20,000 nt of DNA. Source: an uncultured virus (IMG/VR IMGVR_UViG_3300011470_000007) (taxonomy: Duplodnaviria > Heunggongvirae > Uroviricota > Caudoviricetes). Position 1 is the first letter of the stretch. Each line of letters opens with the position of its first letter. Both the position numbers and the translations under genes were made by a program. Below the pieces are notes generated by a model. It was not told the origin of the DNA. It saw nothing but the letters and a program-made list of their open reading frames with translations, and made no database searches. Location of the stretch: the IMG/VR virus record IMGVR_UViG_3300011470_000007. One strand, 5' to 3'. Below are positions 8,046-16,074 of the stretch, in pieces.

Positions 8046-8567
8046 ATGACCACAATCGCTTTGGCAACCAAGCCAAATCTATTAAGCCAAATCAAACGCC
8101 GTATCTATGGCATTCCCCATCGCCGCCACGCAGCCAAGCGCATAGAGGCAGCACAACATAACATCGTCAATCACCTGACTAAACAAACCAACAGGCTACA
8201 CACCCCCTTACCTATCCAAGTCAGCACACTATGGCGCATCATTAATAATGCCATCATCGCAGGGCAATTAGATTTAACTACACTTACCGATCGACCAAGC
8301 CAACTTAAACAAGGCTTACTTTATCTATCATTTGAGCGCGTTAGTGGATTATTAGACGACGTATCGTTACCCATAGCTGATCTAACGAGCCTCGAATTTC
8401 GCACCATCATGACCTTATTGGGTGGCGTCGAAGCAGAGATTATCAGTGAGCAATCAATCGATACCACGGGTCAAGGTGAGCCACGCCTTGCCTACCGTTT
8501 ACCCATCGCCACGCTAATTAATCTCAATCAACCAATAGTTAAAGCCCAATTAGCGGAGGTGGCATAA
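8046..8567 (+). CDS. Hypothetical protein, first gene after the C4-like RNA (icd/kil/ant position)
   Basis: SD AGGAGG 8035-8040, 173 aa, stop overlaps next ATG. Confidence 0.8.
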   Translation: MTTIALATKPNLLSQIKRRIYGIPHRRHAAKRIEAAQHNIVNHLTKQTNRLHTPLPIQVSTLWRIINNAIIAGQLDLTTLTDRPSQLKQGLLYLSFERVSGLLDDVSLPIADLTSLEFRTIMTLLGGVEAEIISEQSIDTTGQGEPRLAYRLPIATLINLNQPIVKAQLAEVA

Positions 8568-8752
8568 TGTCAGAGGAAATCTTAGCCCTAATCAATCGTT
8601 GCAAAGCCTATCTGGCAGTTGACCGCTACGGACAAGATAAAGTGCAGACAATGAGAGGATACTTATTGGCACTCCAGCATCTAGGATTGATTGACCCGTG
8701 GCTGGCCTATTGCATCATCACCAGTTATGAAGAGGAGCTTGCCAATGATTAA
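8567..8752 (+). CDS. Hypothetical phage protein (61 aa)
   Basis: SD GGAGGT; TAATG coupling to the upstream gene. Confidence 0.7.
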   Translation: MSEEILALINRCKAYLAVDRYGQDKVQTMRGYLLALQHLGLIDPWLAYCIITSYEEELAND

Positions 8753-9095
8753 GCTCCCTATTGCTCGCACCCATATCGCAGGAAAACGTCGCTTTGTTTT
8801 TTATCTCAGTGACATCGTTAAGCATATCAACGACTTAACAAACGATAACAATCCACATGACAAATCATGTCGTGAGATCAGCGTTGAACGATTGCAGGAT
8901 ATGGTTAAGACGGTTAAATTAAGAGGACAACAAGATTATATTTACGTGCCAAATCGCGATGACACTGCCTTAAATTTATCAGCGACGCAAGCACTATTGA
9001 TTATTTATGGTAATAACACGGCAAGCTATGCAGAGCATGAAGCGGCTTGGACGATGTTTCACCAAATCACTGACTTTATACAAGGAGTAAAATAA
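8745..9095 (+). CDS. Hypothetical phage protein (weak Bro-N-like FVFYLSDIVKHI segment)
   Basis: ATG 8745 with SD GAGGAG preferred over 8691; stop coupled to next ATG. Confidence 0.7.
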   Translation: MIKLPIARTHIAGKRRFVFYLSDIVKHINDLTNDNNPHDKSCREISVERLQDMVKTVKLRGQQDYIYVPNRDDTALNLSATQALLIIYGNNTASYAEHEAAWTMFHQITDFIQGVK

Positions 9096-9343
9096 TGACC
9101 CCCAATCAAGCATCTATCAGTAGCGAACTATTGCGTATCTCAAGCTATGCGGGGGTCATGTCACGATTGGCGAATAATGGCAACAGCACCAAAGTAGACA
9201 CGGCGCAATTACAAACCATCTTTTCTGATATCGCCAAAGTAACAGGTTTAGCATATGCAGAAATTCAATCTATCATTAACGATGATTGCCCATTCGTCGA
9301 TAATTATGATAAGCCACCAATGTCATCTCAAACAGGCAACTAA
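9095..9343 (+). CDS. Hypothetical phage protein (82 aa)
   Basis: SD AAGGAG, TAATG coupling, followed by terminator. Confidence 0.7.
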   Translation: MTPNQASISSELLRISSYAGVMSRLANNGNSTKVDTAQLQTIFSDIAKVTGLAYAEIQSIINDDCPFVDNYDKPPMSSQTGN

Positions 9344-9357
9344 ATAGTTAGTTCCAG

Positions 9358-9388
9358 AAAAACCCTTGTCAACTGACAGGGGTTTTTT
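9358..9388. terminator. Bidirectional intrinsic terminator
   Basis: AAAAACCCTTGTC-aact-GACAGGGGTTTTTT between convergent genes. Confidence 0.88.
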
Positions 9389-9711
9389 TATAACAGTGAC
9401 TTCGCCATTTTCATAAGTCTCTCACGGTCATCAACGCCAAGCCCACGATAAATATCAAGCCAAGCTTGCTCATCAGGTGGCAACACAACTGCCCCACCTT
9501 CGACCCGTTGACCCGTCACCACATAACCTACGTCATAGCCCAAACCTCCTAACTTGAGCAAAAATTCAAGGTCGGGTGAACGCTTACCTGTTTCATAGTT
9601 GGAAAGTGTGGCAATAGCTACATCAATCGCTTTCAACACATCCGTTTGTTTTAAGCCAAGTCGCAATCTTTCGGAGCGTAGCCGCTCGCTTATAATTTCG
9701 TTGTTTAACAT
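9388..9711 (-). CDS. XRE-family HTH prophage repressor
   Basis: ISERLRSERLRLGLKQ...LSNYETGKRSPD...GYDVGYVVTG. ATG 9711 has SD AAGGTG, preferred over GTG 9723. No C-terminal peptidase domain. Confidence 0.9.
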   Translation of the reverse strand: MLNNEIISERLRSERLRLGLKQTDVLKAIDVAIATLSNYETGKRSPDLEFLLKLGGLGYDVGYVVTGQRVEGGAVVLPPDEQAWLDIYRGLGVDDRERLMKMAKSLL

Positions 9712-9800
9712 TTTTATAAACACCTTATTGACTTAAACATTTTTATAAGTCAAAATAAACCTTGTTAATTTGTTAAAAATCTAGCAAAAACATTTTAACA
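9703..9800. promoter_or_regulatory. Lysis/lysogeny switch: early promoter and candidate operators
   Basis: TTGACT 9728-9733, 17 bp, CAAAAT 9751-9756. Direct repeat AACATTTTTATAA at 9707-9719 and 9736-9748. Inverted repeat TTGACTTA 9728-9735/TAAGTCAA 9746-9753. Confidence 0.65.
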
Positions 9801-9838
9801 CCTTTTCTAACCAACCCTTTAAAAAAAGGACAATCACG

Positions 9839-10066
9839 ATGACAACCAAAATGTTAGCGGTGCGTACCCCTGAAAGCATGCACACCTACCTCAAAGTCAC
9901 AGCCTACAAAAAAGGCTCAAGCATTCAAGAATTGGTCAATGAGATATTAGCCGACCATCAAGCAAAAGACCCAGAATACCAAGGCTCTCTTAATGACTTG
10001 GTCACTGACTCCCTTACCGCATTGGCATCAATCACCCAAGATGAGGAGGTGTCTCGTGGCGTATAG
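9839..10066 (+). CDS. Ribbon-helix-helix-like DNA-binding protein (Cro/Cox position)
   Basis: MLAVRTPESMHTYLKVTAYKKGSSIQELVNEIL fits the beta-alpha-alpha RHH pattern; first gene divergent from the repressor; SD AAGGA. Confidence 0.7.
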   Translation: MTTKMLAVRTPESMHTYLKVTAYKKGSSIQELVNEILADHQAKDPEYQGSLNDLVTDSLTALASITQDEEVSRGV

Positions 10067-10319
10067 ACAGTATCAAGATGTCCGCGACCATCGTATCTAT
10101 GCCTACCTCAATCAAAAAGAGCTAGACGCATTTTTAGAAGCCATGCGCATCCAAGATTTAGCCATTCAAGGTAAAGCAGCACGTCAGATGATTGTGGAGA
10201 GAAGCCAACAAATCATCGCCGAGCACCGTAAGAATAACCCACAGTCAGCGATGAAACAAACTGTGAAATATCACCTGCCACACGGTGGTTTTACCGTGCT
10301 AAACCCAACCAAGCAATAG
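10056..10319 (+). CDS. Hypothetical phage protein, possibly RHH-like
   Basis: GTG 10056 with SD GAGGAGGT preferred over 9993; RDHRIYAYLNQKELDAF pattern. Confidence 0.65.
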   Translation: MAYRQYQDVRDHRIYAYLNQKELDAFLEAMRIQDLAIQGKAARQMIVERSQQIIAEHRKNNPQSAMKQTVKYHLPHGGFTVLNPTKQ

Positions 10320-10326
10320 AGGTCGT

Positions 10327-10548
10327 ATGTCAACGGCATATATCAGATGTCCGCATTGCGGCAGCAAAATGACTACCGCACGGCACCGTCAGATGAATGA
10401 GCTATTAAAAGAACTGACAGCCACTTGTCGCAATGCAGATTGCTTATTTAGCGCCAGCGTCTATGTCGAGATAGCAAGACAAATCCAACCAAGCCTTGCC
10501 CCAAAACCTGAAATAACGGGGCAGCTTATAAAAGGACAACCACGATGA
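10327..10548 (+). CDS. ogr: Ogr/Delta-family zinc-finger late transcription activator
   Basis: CPHC...C-RNAD-C...EIARQIQPS; SD GAGGT. Confidence 0.88.
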   Translation: MSTAYIRCPHCGSKMTTARHRQMNELLKELTATCRNADCLFSASVYVEIARQIQPSLAPKPEITGQLIKGQPR

Positions 10549-13205
10549 GTATTAATGACCAAGTCGTCTCGCGTCTGAAATCCGAGTACGGCTTTAAACA
10601 AGTCGGCGAATGGCTACGTGAAGGCGTATGCCCAGACTGTAGCAAAAAGTCACTTTTCACCCATGCCCATAGCCCCCGCGTCGTCAAATGCGGGCGGCTC
10701 AATAAATGTGGTTTGGAAATCCATGTTAAGGAACTATTTGACGATCTATTCAAAGACTGGTCAAAAACCTACGTCCGCACTGAAACCAACCCCAACGCTA
10801 CTGCTGACGCTTATCTAACAGAAGGACGTGGCTTAGATATCAGCAAAATCAAAGGTAGTTATACCCAAGAATCTTTTTTTGACAATAAAATCAACCAAGG
10901 CACTGCTACCGTTCGTTTTGCCTTACCCAACGGTGGCTGGTGGGAGCGTTTTATCGACCAAGCTGAGCGTTTTGACAAAAAAGCCAACTTCAAATATGGC
11001 TACAAAATTAATGGCTACTGGTGGTGGCACCCTGCAAACGCTTTGATGCCAAAAGAAATATGGATTTGTGAGGGTATCTTTGATGCTATCGCATTAGCAG
11101 AGCATGGGTTTGCCACTGTCAGCCCACTAAGCTGCGTTAATTTCCCAGAAAATTCATTATACGAATTAAAGGCAAAATACGATGAGAAACGCCAAACATT
11201 ACCAACTCTTGTATGGGCTTTTGACAATGATGCCGCAGGGCAACGCTACACCAAGCAATTTATCGAACAAGCCAAAAAAATCGGATTTGAGAGTGCCGCT
11301 GCCCAACCGCCGTATGACAAACACAAAAAGCTTGACTGGAACGACCTGCACGAACTCGGGCAACTAACAGACGAGCATCTCAAAAAATACCGCTACTTTG
11401 GTGACTTGCTCACCGCAAAATCACCGACGGACGCAGCGGTCATCCGCTATATGCACAGGAAAATTAACCAATTTTATTTTGAGCATGACAACCGCACCTA
11501 CTGGTTTGAACTTGATACTAATAAATTGTCAAAACTAATGGATGTGCCTGACCATGAGGTTGAAGACATCATGGGTAATATGCCAGACGAAGACGAACAG
11601 ATGGCGAAATTTGTCCGTCAGACATCCAACACGCATGAGATTTTAAATGCCAAGATTGAAGCCCTGTATTTTCAGCGCAATGACGTCACAGACGAATCCT
11701 GGTACTTCACCCGTGTCACTACTAACAAAGGCGACAAGCAAACCACCATCACCGGTGACCAGTTATCTAGTCCCAGTAAATTAAAACCGCGTTTGTTATC
11801 GGTTTTTGCGGGTGTACTTTGGACAGGGTCAGCTATGCAATTAGATATCATCGCCAAGCACCAAATGGAGGGGCTAAAAGAAGTCAAAACCACGGACTTT
11901 ATTGGTTACGCCAAAGAGCACCAAGCCTATATCTTTAATGATGTGGCAATATCCAAAGGCAAAGTCGTCGCCAAAAATAGCCAAGACTATTACAAAATCG
12001 GTCGCCTTGAAATCAAATCATTGGCCAATGACCCTGTATTGCACATCAACACCAAAGACAAGCCTGATTTTAGTTGGTGGCATAACTTTCATCGCGTTCG
12101 CGGTGCATACGGTACGATTGTCATGGCTTGGTGGCTTGGCACTTACTTTGCCGAGCAAATCCGCGGACTTGATCGCTCATATCCATTCTTTGAATTGGTA
12201 GGACAAGCAGGCGCAGGTAAATCACGTCTGCTTGAATTTATGTGGAAACTCTCAGGTCGAGAAGACTACGAAGGGTTTGACCCATCCAAATCTACAAGCG
12301 TGGCGGTGTACCGCAACTTTGCCCAAGTCGCAAACCTACCTATCGCCCTAATCGAAGGCGACCGTAACGACGAAGACGGCAAAGCCAAATCATTCAAAAC
12401 CTTTGAGTGGGACTCACTCAAAGACGCATTTAATGGTCGCTCCATCCGCTCTAAAGGCGTCAAAAATAACGGAAATGACACTTACAGTCCGCCATTTCGT
12501 GCCGCCGTGATGATATCCCAGAATGAAGAAATCCAAGCCAGTGAGGCGATGCTAACCCGTATTATTCACGTCAAACTCACCCGCGACGGTCAGACGCTAG
12601 AGACCAAGCACATCGTCGACAGCCTTGATCGATTGCCCATCGAGCTAACCAATCGCTTTATGGCGCATGCACTGAAAAATGAACAAGCGATTTTAGAAAC
12701 TTACCAACAGCGAATCCGTATGTATGAGGCACGCTATCACGAGTTTGGTGTTACCCATACTCGTATTGCCCTCAATCATGCACAAATAGCCGCCATGATT
12801 GACTGTTTGCAAACACATGTACTGTCTGGATTGATGACGGACCAACAAGCCGAGCAAGCTAAGCAAGCATTATTTGAAATGGCGCAAACCCGAGTTCAAC
12901 GCTTACAAGCCGACCACCCAGACGTTGATAAATTCTGGAGCGTATTTGAATTTTTAATGTCAACAGGCAAGTTTGTTTGTCATACCAATATAAACGACCC
13001 AAGTCGCAAAATCGGTATCAATCTCAACCATTTTTATAAGGTGGCAAGGGAAAATTACCAAGACTTACCAGACATCACCCAAATGAAACGCCTGCTAAAA
13101 AATAGTAGCCGTTATAAATTCGTTGATAGCAATATCAGCGTTATGTCAGTAATTGATGGCTTTAAAACCATGAAGTGCTGGATTTTTACTAAACCTACTG
13201 AATAG
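10545..13205 (+). CDS. Replication protein: Zn finger + TOPRIM primase + P-loop helicase (P4 alpha-like organisation)
   Basis: CPDC...CGRLNKC; TOPRIM ICEGIFDA, AFDNDAAG, DWNDL; Walker A GQAGAGKS; ATGA overlap with ogr. Confidence 0.9.
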   Translation: MSINDQVVSRLKSEYGFKQVGEWLREGVCPDCSKKSLFTHAHSPRVVKCGRLNKCGLEIHVKELFDDLFKDWSKTYVRTETNPNATADAYLTEGRGLDISKIKGSYTQESFFDNKINQGTATVRFALPNGGWWERFIDQAERFDKKANFKYGYKINGYWWWHPANALMPKEIWICEGIFDAIALAEHGFATVSPLSCVNFPENSLYELKAKYDEKRQTLPTLVWAFDNDAAGQRYTKQFIEQAKKIGFESAAAQPPYDKHKKLDWNDLHELGQLTDEHLKKYRYFGDLLTAKSPTDAAVIRYMHRKINQFYFEHDNRTYWFELDTNKLSKLMDVPDHEVEDIMGNMPDEDEQMAKFVRQTSNTHEILNAKIEALYFQRNDVTDESWYFTRVTTNKGDKQTTITGDQLSSPSKLKPRLLSVFAGVLWTGSAMQLDIIAKHQMEGLKEVKTTDFIGYAKEHQAYIFNDVAISKGKVVAKNSQDYYKIGRLEIKSLANDPVLHINTKDKPDFSWWHNFHRVRGAYGTIVMAWWLGTYFAEQIRGLDRSYPFFELVGQAGAGKSRLLEFMWKLSGREDYEGFDPSKSTSVAVYRNFAQVANLPIALIEGDRNDEDGKAKSFKTFEWDSLKDAFNGRSIRSKGVKNNGNDTYSPPFRAAVMISQNEEIQASEAMLTRIIHVKLTRDGQTLETKHIVDSLDRLPIELTNRFMAHALKNEQAILETYQQRIRMYEARYHEFGVTHTRIALNHAQIAAMIDCLQTHVLSGLMTDQQAEQAKQALFEMAQTRVQRLQADHPDVDKFWSVFEFLMSTGKFVCHTNINDPSRKIGINLNHFYKVARENYQDLPDITQMKRLLKNSSRYKFVDSNISVMSVIDGFKTMKCWIFTKPTE

Positions 13206-13215
13206 GAAAAATACG

Positions 13216-13425
13216 ATGACCGACATTATCGACCAAGCCAATGACGTCGCCCAACAATCCATCGAGCGAGCAATTGCTAACGCCCCAAAATTCAATCGCC
13301 CATCGTTGACAGAATGTAAAGACTGTGGCGAACCAATCCCACTAAAACGGCAACAACTTGGCGGCGTTACTCGCTGTATTGACTGCCAGGAATACCACGA
13401 CAAGAAGCACCGACATGGCAACTAA
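13216..13425 (+). CDS. TraR/DksA C4-type zinc-finger protein
   Basis: MTDIIDQA; CKDCGEPIPLKRQ...RCIDCQ. Confidence 0.92.
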   Translation: MTDIIDQANDVAQQSIERAIANAPKFNRPSLTECKDCGEPIPLKRQQLGGVTRCIDCQEYHDKKHRHGN

Positions 13426-13609
13426 AACATTAGCGCTGGGCACACAGGTATTTAAAAAATTCCAACCATGCCCATGCGATGTTTGCAAAAACTATCGACC
13501 TGCTCACCTCTGCACCTATATCCCAGAAGTGGGCATCATCTGCGACCAATGCCAAGTAAAACTTTCACAGGACACCCATCATGAAAATGCAGCTCTTCAA
13601 ATCCCATAG
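13415..13609 (+). CDS. Small Cys-rich hypothetical protein
   Basis: ATG 13415 overlaps TraR end; CPCDVC...HLC...CDQC suggests zinc binding. Confidence 0.6.
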   Translation: MATKTLALGTQVFKKFQPCPCDVCKNYRPAHLCTYIPEVGIICDQCQVKLSQDTHHENAALQIP

Positions 13610-14129
13610 CGATATCTTTTTAAGTGCCAATATCAAAAATGTTGTCAGCCACATCAACGCCATCTCAGAACCAGGCACACTCAAAAGCGTTGAGCAATTA
13701 GATCGCGAGACCTTAATTCGTATGGACGGCAGACTGTTTGACCTGCACGACTTAAACCGTTATTACCAAAACAAAGCCCGCAATGAAGGCTTTACCTTCG
13801 GTGACGATTTATCAATACGGGTTAAAGGTAAAATTGTGCCTGTTGTAGCCGATAAGACTAGAACCTTATTGCATATTTTTATCGACAAAATAGCTGAAGG
13901 TCAGACCATCCTTGCTTACGATGAATACGCCAAAGACTACACCAAACAGCAATTCATGACAGCCATTAAGAGAATCACAGATAAAATGGAAGTACACATC
14001 CAGCGTGAAGATAAAAAATACTATCTAAAACTGCCGTTGGCGTATCGTATCACCAAAAAATCACCAAATGATCACCAAAAAATCACCCATTTCACACAGC
14101 CAGTAATTAGCGAATTATCAATGGCTTAA
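13581..14129 (+). CDS. Hypothetical phage protein (182 aa)
   Basis: Long ORF with AGGA SD; last gene before terminator. Confidence 0.75.
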   Translation: MKMQLFKSHSDIFLSANIKNVVSHINAISEPGTLKSVEQLDRETLIRMDGRLFDLHDLNRYYQNKARNEGFTFGDDLSIRVKGKIVPVVADKTRTLLHIFIDKIAEGQTILAYDEYAKDYTKQQFMTAIKRITDKMEVHIQREDKKYYLKLPLAYRITKKSPNDHQKITHFTQPVISELSMA

Positions 14130-14161
14130 AAGTCCACTGGTAAAAATATCACCAAATCACC
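14049..14161 (+). repeat. ATCACC repeat array (four copies at 11-bp period plus two more)
   Basis: ATCACC at 14049, 14060, 14071, 14082, 14148 and 14156, with A-rich spacers. Confidence 0.8.
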
Positions 14162-14179
14162 TTTATTTTTTACCACCAC

Positions 14180-14207
14180 AAAAACACGGTTAAATAACCG
14201 TGTTTTT
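14180..14207. terminator. Intrinsic terminator (symmetrical) between early operon and integrase
   Basis: AAAAACACGGTTA-aa-TAACCGTGTTTTT. Confidence 0.8.
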
Positions 14208-14273
14208 AACCCTTCGTTTGTCCCAAAAACGCGCGTAAAAAGACCTATCCAAATCTGAAATTAAGGATACCTC

Positions 14274-15440
14274 ATGCAAAAAATATCATCAGGCATTGAA
14301 CCGCTCAAAACCGCCATCAGAATTTGGTGGAAAATCGACGGTGAGCGTCACCGCGAGACTATACATAACAGCCCACCCACCGATGCCAACCTTGCCACCG
14401 CCAAAGCCACTGCAGAAATGATAGCCCAGCAACTACGCATGGGTATTTTTGACCGTGATACCGTATTCCCCGACTCATCAAAAAGAGCTGACCGCTATTT
14501 TGGATACTATATCCACCAATGGCGAAAAGTTGAGACCAACAAAGTCGCCAAAATATCATTTGACACCTACGACAGCAAAGTCAAAACCCACATCGAACCA
14601 TATTGGGGCATGAAACCTATCGCTAAGATTGGCGTAGAAGATATAGAGGAATGGGTTTATAACGTACTATTACAAAAACTATCGACCAAAACAGTCAAAG
14701 AAATTCTCATGCTATGGCGCAAAATTTACAGCTACTGGGCAAGACATCAAAAAACCATCAACGACCCAACCAAGTACATATCACTAGGACAAACTGACCC
14801 AGATGATATCGACCCATTTGACCGCGACGAAATAACAAGGATATTAAACCACCCAACAACCCCTACCCTGCATAACCTTTATACAGTCATGCTGTGGAGC
14901 GGATTATCATTCCACGAACTGATAAGTTTAGCGGTCGAAGATTTAGACCTAGAAAAAGGCTGCTTATTCGTCAATCGCAGCTTTGTTCGTGAACAATACC
15001 GCGTAACAAAAAACCGCCGCCGCAAACGCCAAGTCGACTTACTGCCCCAAGTCATAACAGCGCTAAAAAATCAAATCGAGCAGGTGAGCAACAACCAAAA
15101 AAACAGCATCCAAATCACCGACCGAGATAATAAAAAAATAAAATCTCAAACCCTCACGTGGCTTTGGTATGACGATACATCAAAAACCCACTTTACCTAC
15201 AGCCAATTATCTCGGCGCTGGAAGTCGCACTTGGAATCCTGTGGCATACGCTACCGACCACTCAATAACGGCAGGCACACCTATGCAAGCCAAGTGCTAT
15301 CAACAGGTGCAGTGACAGCAGAATGGCTTGCCAATCAGCTTGGACATACCAACACTGACATGATTCACCGTCACTACGGCAAATTTATTCCCAAGGACGC
15401 AAACCACATCATAAAAAACCTAGCCAACGCCCTGCAATAA
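14274..15440 (+). CDS. int: Tyrosine recombinase / phage integrase with N-terminal arm-binding domain
   Basis: IRIWWKIDGERHRE arm domain; WSGLSFHEL, TK, GRHTYAS, QLGH, HY; next to tRNA 3' end. Confidence 0.93.
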   Translation: MQKISSGIEPLKTAIRIWWKIDGERHRETIHNSPPTDANLATAKATAEMIAQQLRMGIFDRDTVFPDSSKRADRYFGYYIHQWRKVETNKVAKISFDTYDSKVKTHIEPYWGMKPIAKIGVEDIEEWVYNVLLQKLSTKTVKEILMLWRKIYSYWARHQKTINDPTKYISLGQTDPDDIDPFDRDEITRILNHPTTPTLHNLYTVMLWSGLSFHELISLAVEDLDLEKGCLFVNRSFVREQYRVTKNRRRKRQVDLLPQVITALKNQIEQVSNNQKNSIQITDRDNKKIKSQTLTWLWYDDTSKTHFTYSQLSRRWKSHLESCGIRYRPLNNGRHTYASQVLSTGAVTAEWLANQLGHTNTDMIHRHYGKFIPKDANHIIKNLANALQ

Positions 15441-15451
15441 TTTCACCACAC

Positions 15452-15487
15452 AAAAAAAGCCACTCAAAACGAGTGGCTTAATTTTTT
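15452..15487. terminator. Intrinsic terminator between integrase and tRNA
   Basis: AAGCCACTC 15457-15465/GAGTGGCTT 15471-15479, flanked by an A-run and a T-run. Confidence 0.8.
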
Positions 15488-15651
15488 GACCATATTACAG
15501 CCCATATAAACGCAAAAACCTCACAACTGCAAAAACAGCGCGAGGTCTTATATACCAACGGTTATTATTAACTATGCTAAAACCACTCAGCCCATGAAAA
15601 TCACCTTCGTGGGCTACACACTTCGCAAACCGTTGCTATAAGCGGGATATA

Positions 15652-15728
15652 TGGTGGCGATGAAGAGACTTGAACTCTTGACCTCACGATTATGAGTCGT
15701 GCGCTCTAACCAGCTGAGCTACATCGCC
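15652..15728 (-). tRNA. tRNA with CAT anticodon, probably elongator tRNA-Met (Ile2 not excluded); likely attachment site
   Basis: Reverse complement GGCGATGTAGCTCAGCTGGTTAGAGCGCACGACTCATAATCGTGAGGTCAAGAGTTCAAGTCTCTTCATCGCCACCA, 77 nt; full cloverleaf, encoded CCA, G1-C72 pair (not initiator). Confidence 0.97.
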
Positions 15729-15795
15729 ATGTTTGGCAAATTTGCAGGATTTAGGCAGAATTTTGAAAGTATTTCTTGCCTGTCATGGGGTGCAT

Positions 15796-15824
15796 ATTAT
15801 GCGTATTTAACCCTATGTCGTCAA
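15796..15824 (-). promoter_or_regulatory. tRNA promoter
   Basis: Minus strand TTGACG (15824-15819), 17 bp, CATAAT (15801-15796), followed by GC-rich discriminator ATGCACCCC. Confidence 0.75.
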
Positions 15825-16074
15825 GCATTTTGTCACATTTTTTTTCATTTTCTCAAAATTTAATTTTTTGCCCGTCATGGCTGAGCATTGCCTGACTGTT
15901 GACTTCAAAATCACTTGAAATGACAAAAACCCGTGAACGTCACTTGAATTTTTGCATATATTTACCATAATAGTATCAACGTGCCAAAATATTATATTGG
16001 TTACTGTCATACTCCCCTAATCTCTCAACCTTATGATTTATCACAACTATAAGAACCCATAAAAGGAAGCACTC

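Larger units (their letters stand above)
1..15651. mobile_element. P2-like prophage, right-hand part (left end outside window), inserted at the 3' end of a tRNA(CAT) gene
   Basis: Contiguous tape measure-gpU-gpD, repressor, Ogr, primase-helicase and tyrosine integrase. The integrase ends ~210 bp from the tRNA 3' end, with housekeeping genes beyond. The second att copy is not in the window, so the boundary is approximate. Confidence 0.92.

Noticed and set aside
7768..8161. ORFs 7768-7968 and 7925-8161
   Set aside because: The first starts at the -35 hexamer. The second lacks an SD, runs through the structured RNA and overlaps the well-supported 8046 gene. The RNA cassette explains the region better.
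9831..9836. CAATCA partial match to the RNA-B loop in the first early gene's start box
   Set aside because: Only 6 nt with no partner site; too weak to claim cross-regulation.
11179..11367. 9-nt match to the RNA-A loop at the ATG of an out-of-frame 61-aa ORF inside the replicase
   Set aside because: No second half-site seen and no convincing SD; treated as chance and as a caution on short matches.
10526..13421. Several short alternative-frame and antisense ORFs overlapping the replicase and TraR genes
   Set aside because: Largely contained in strongly supported CDSs, with no motifs.
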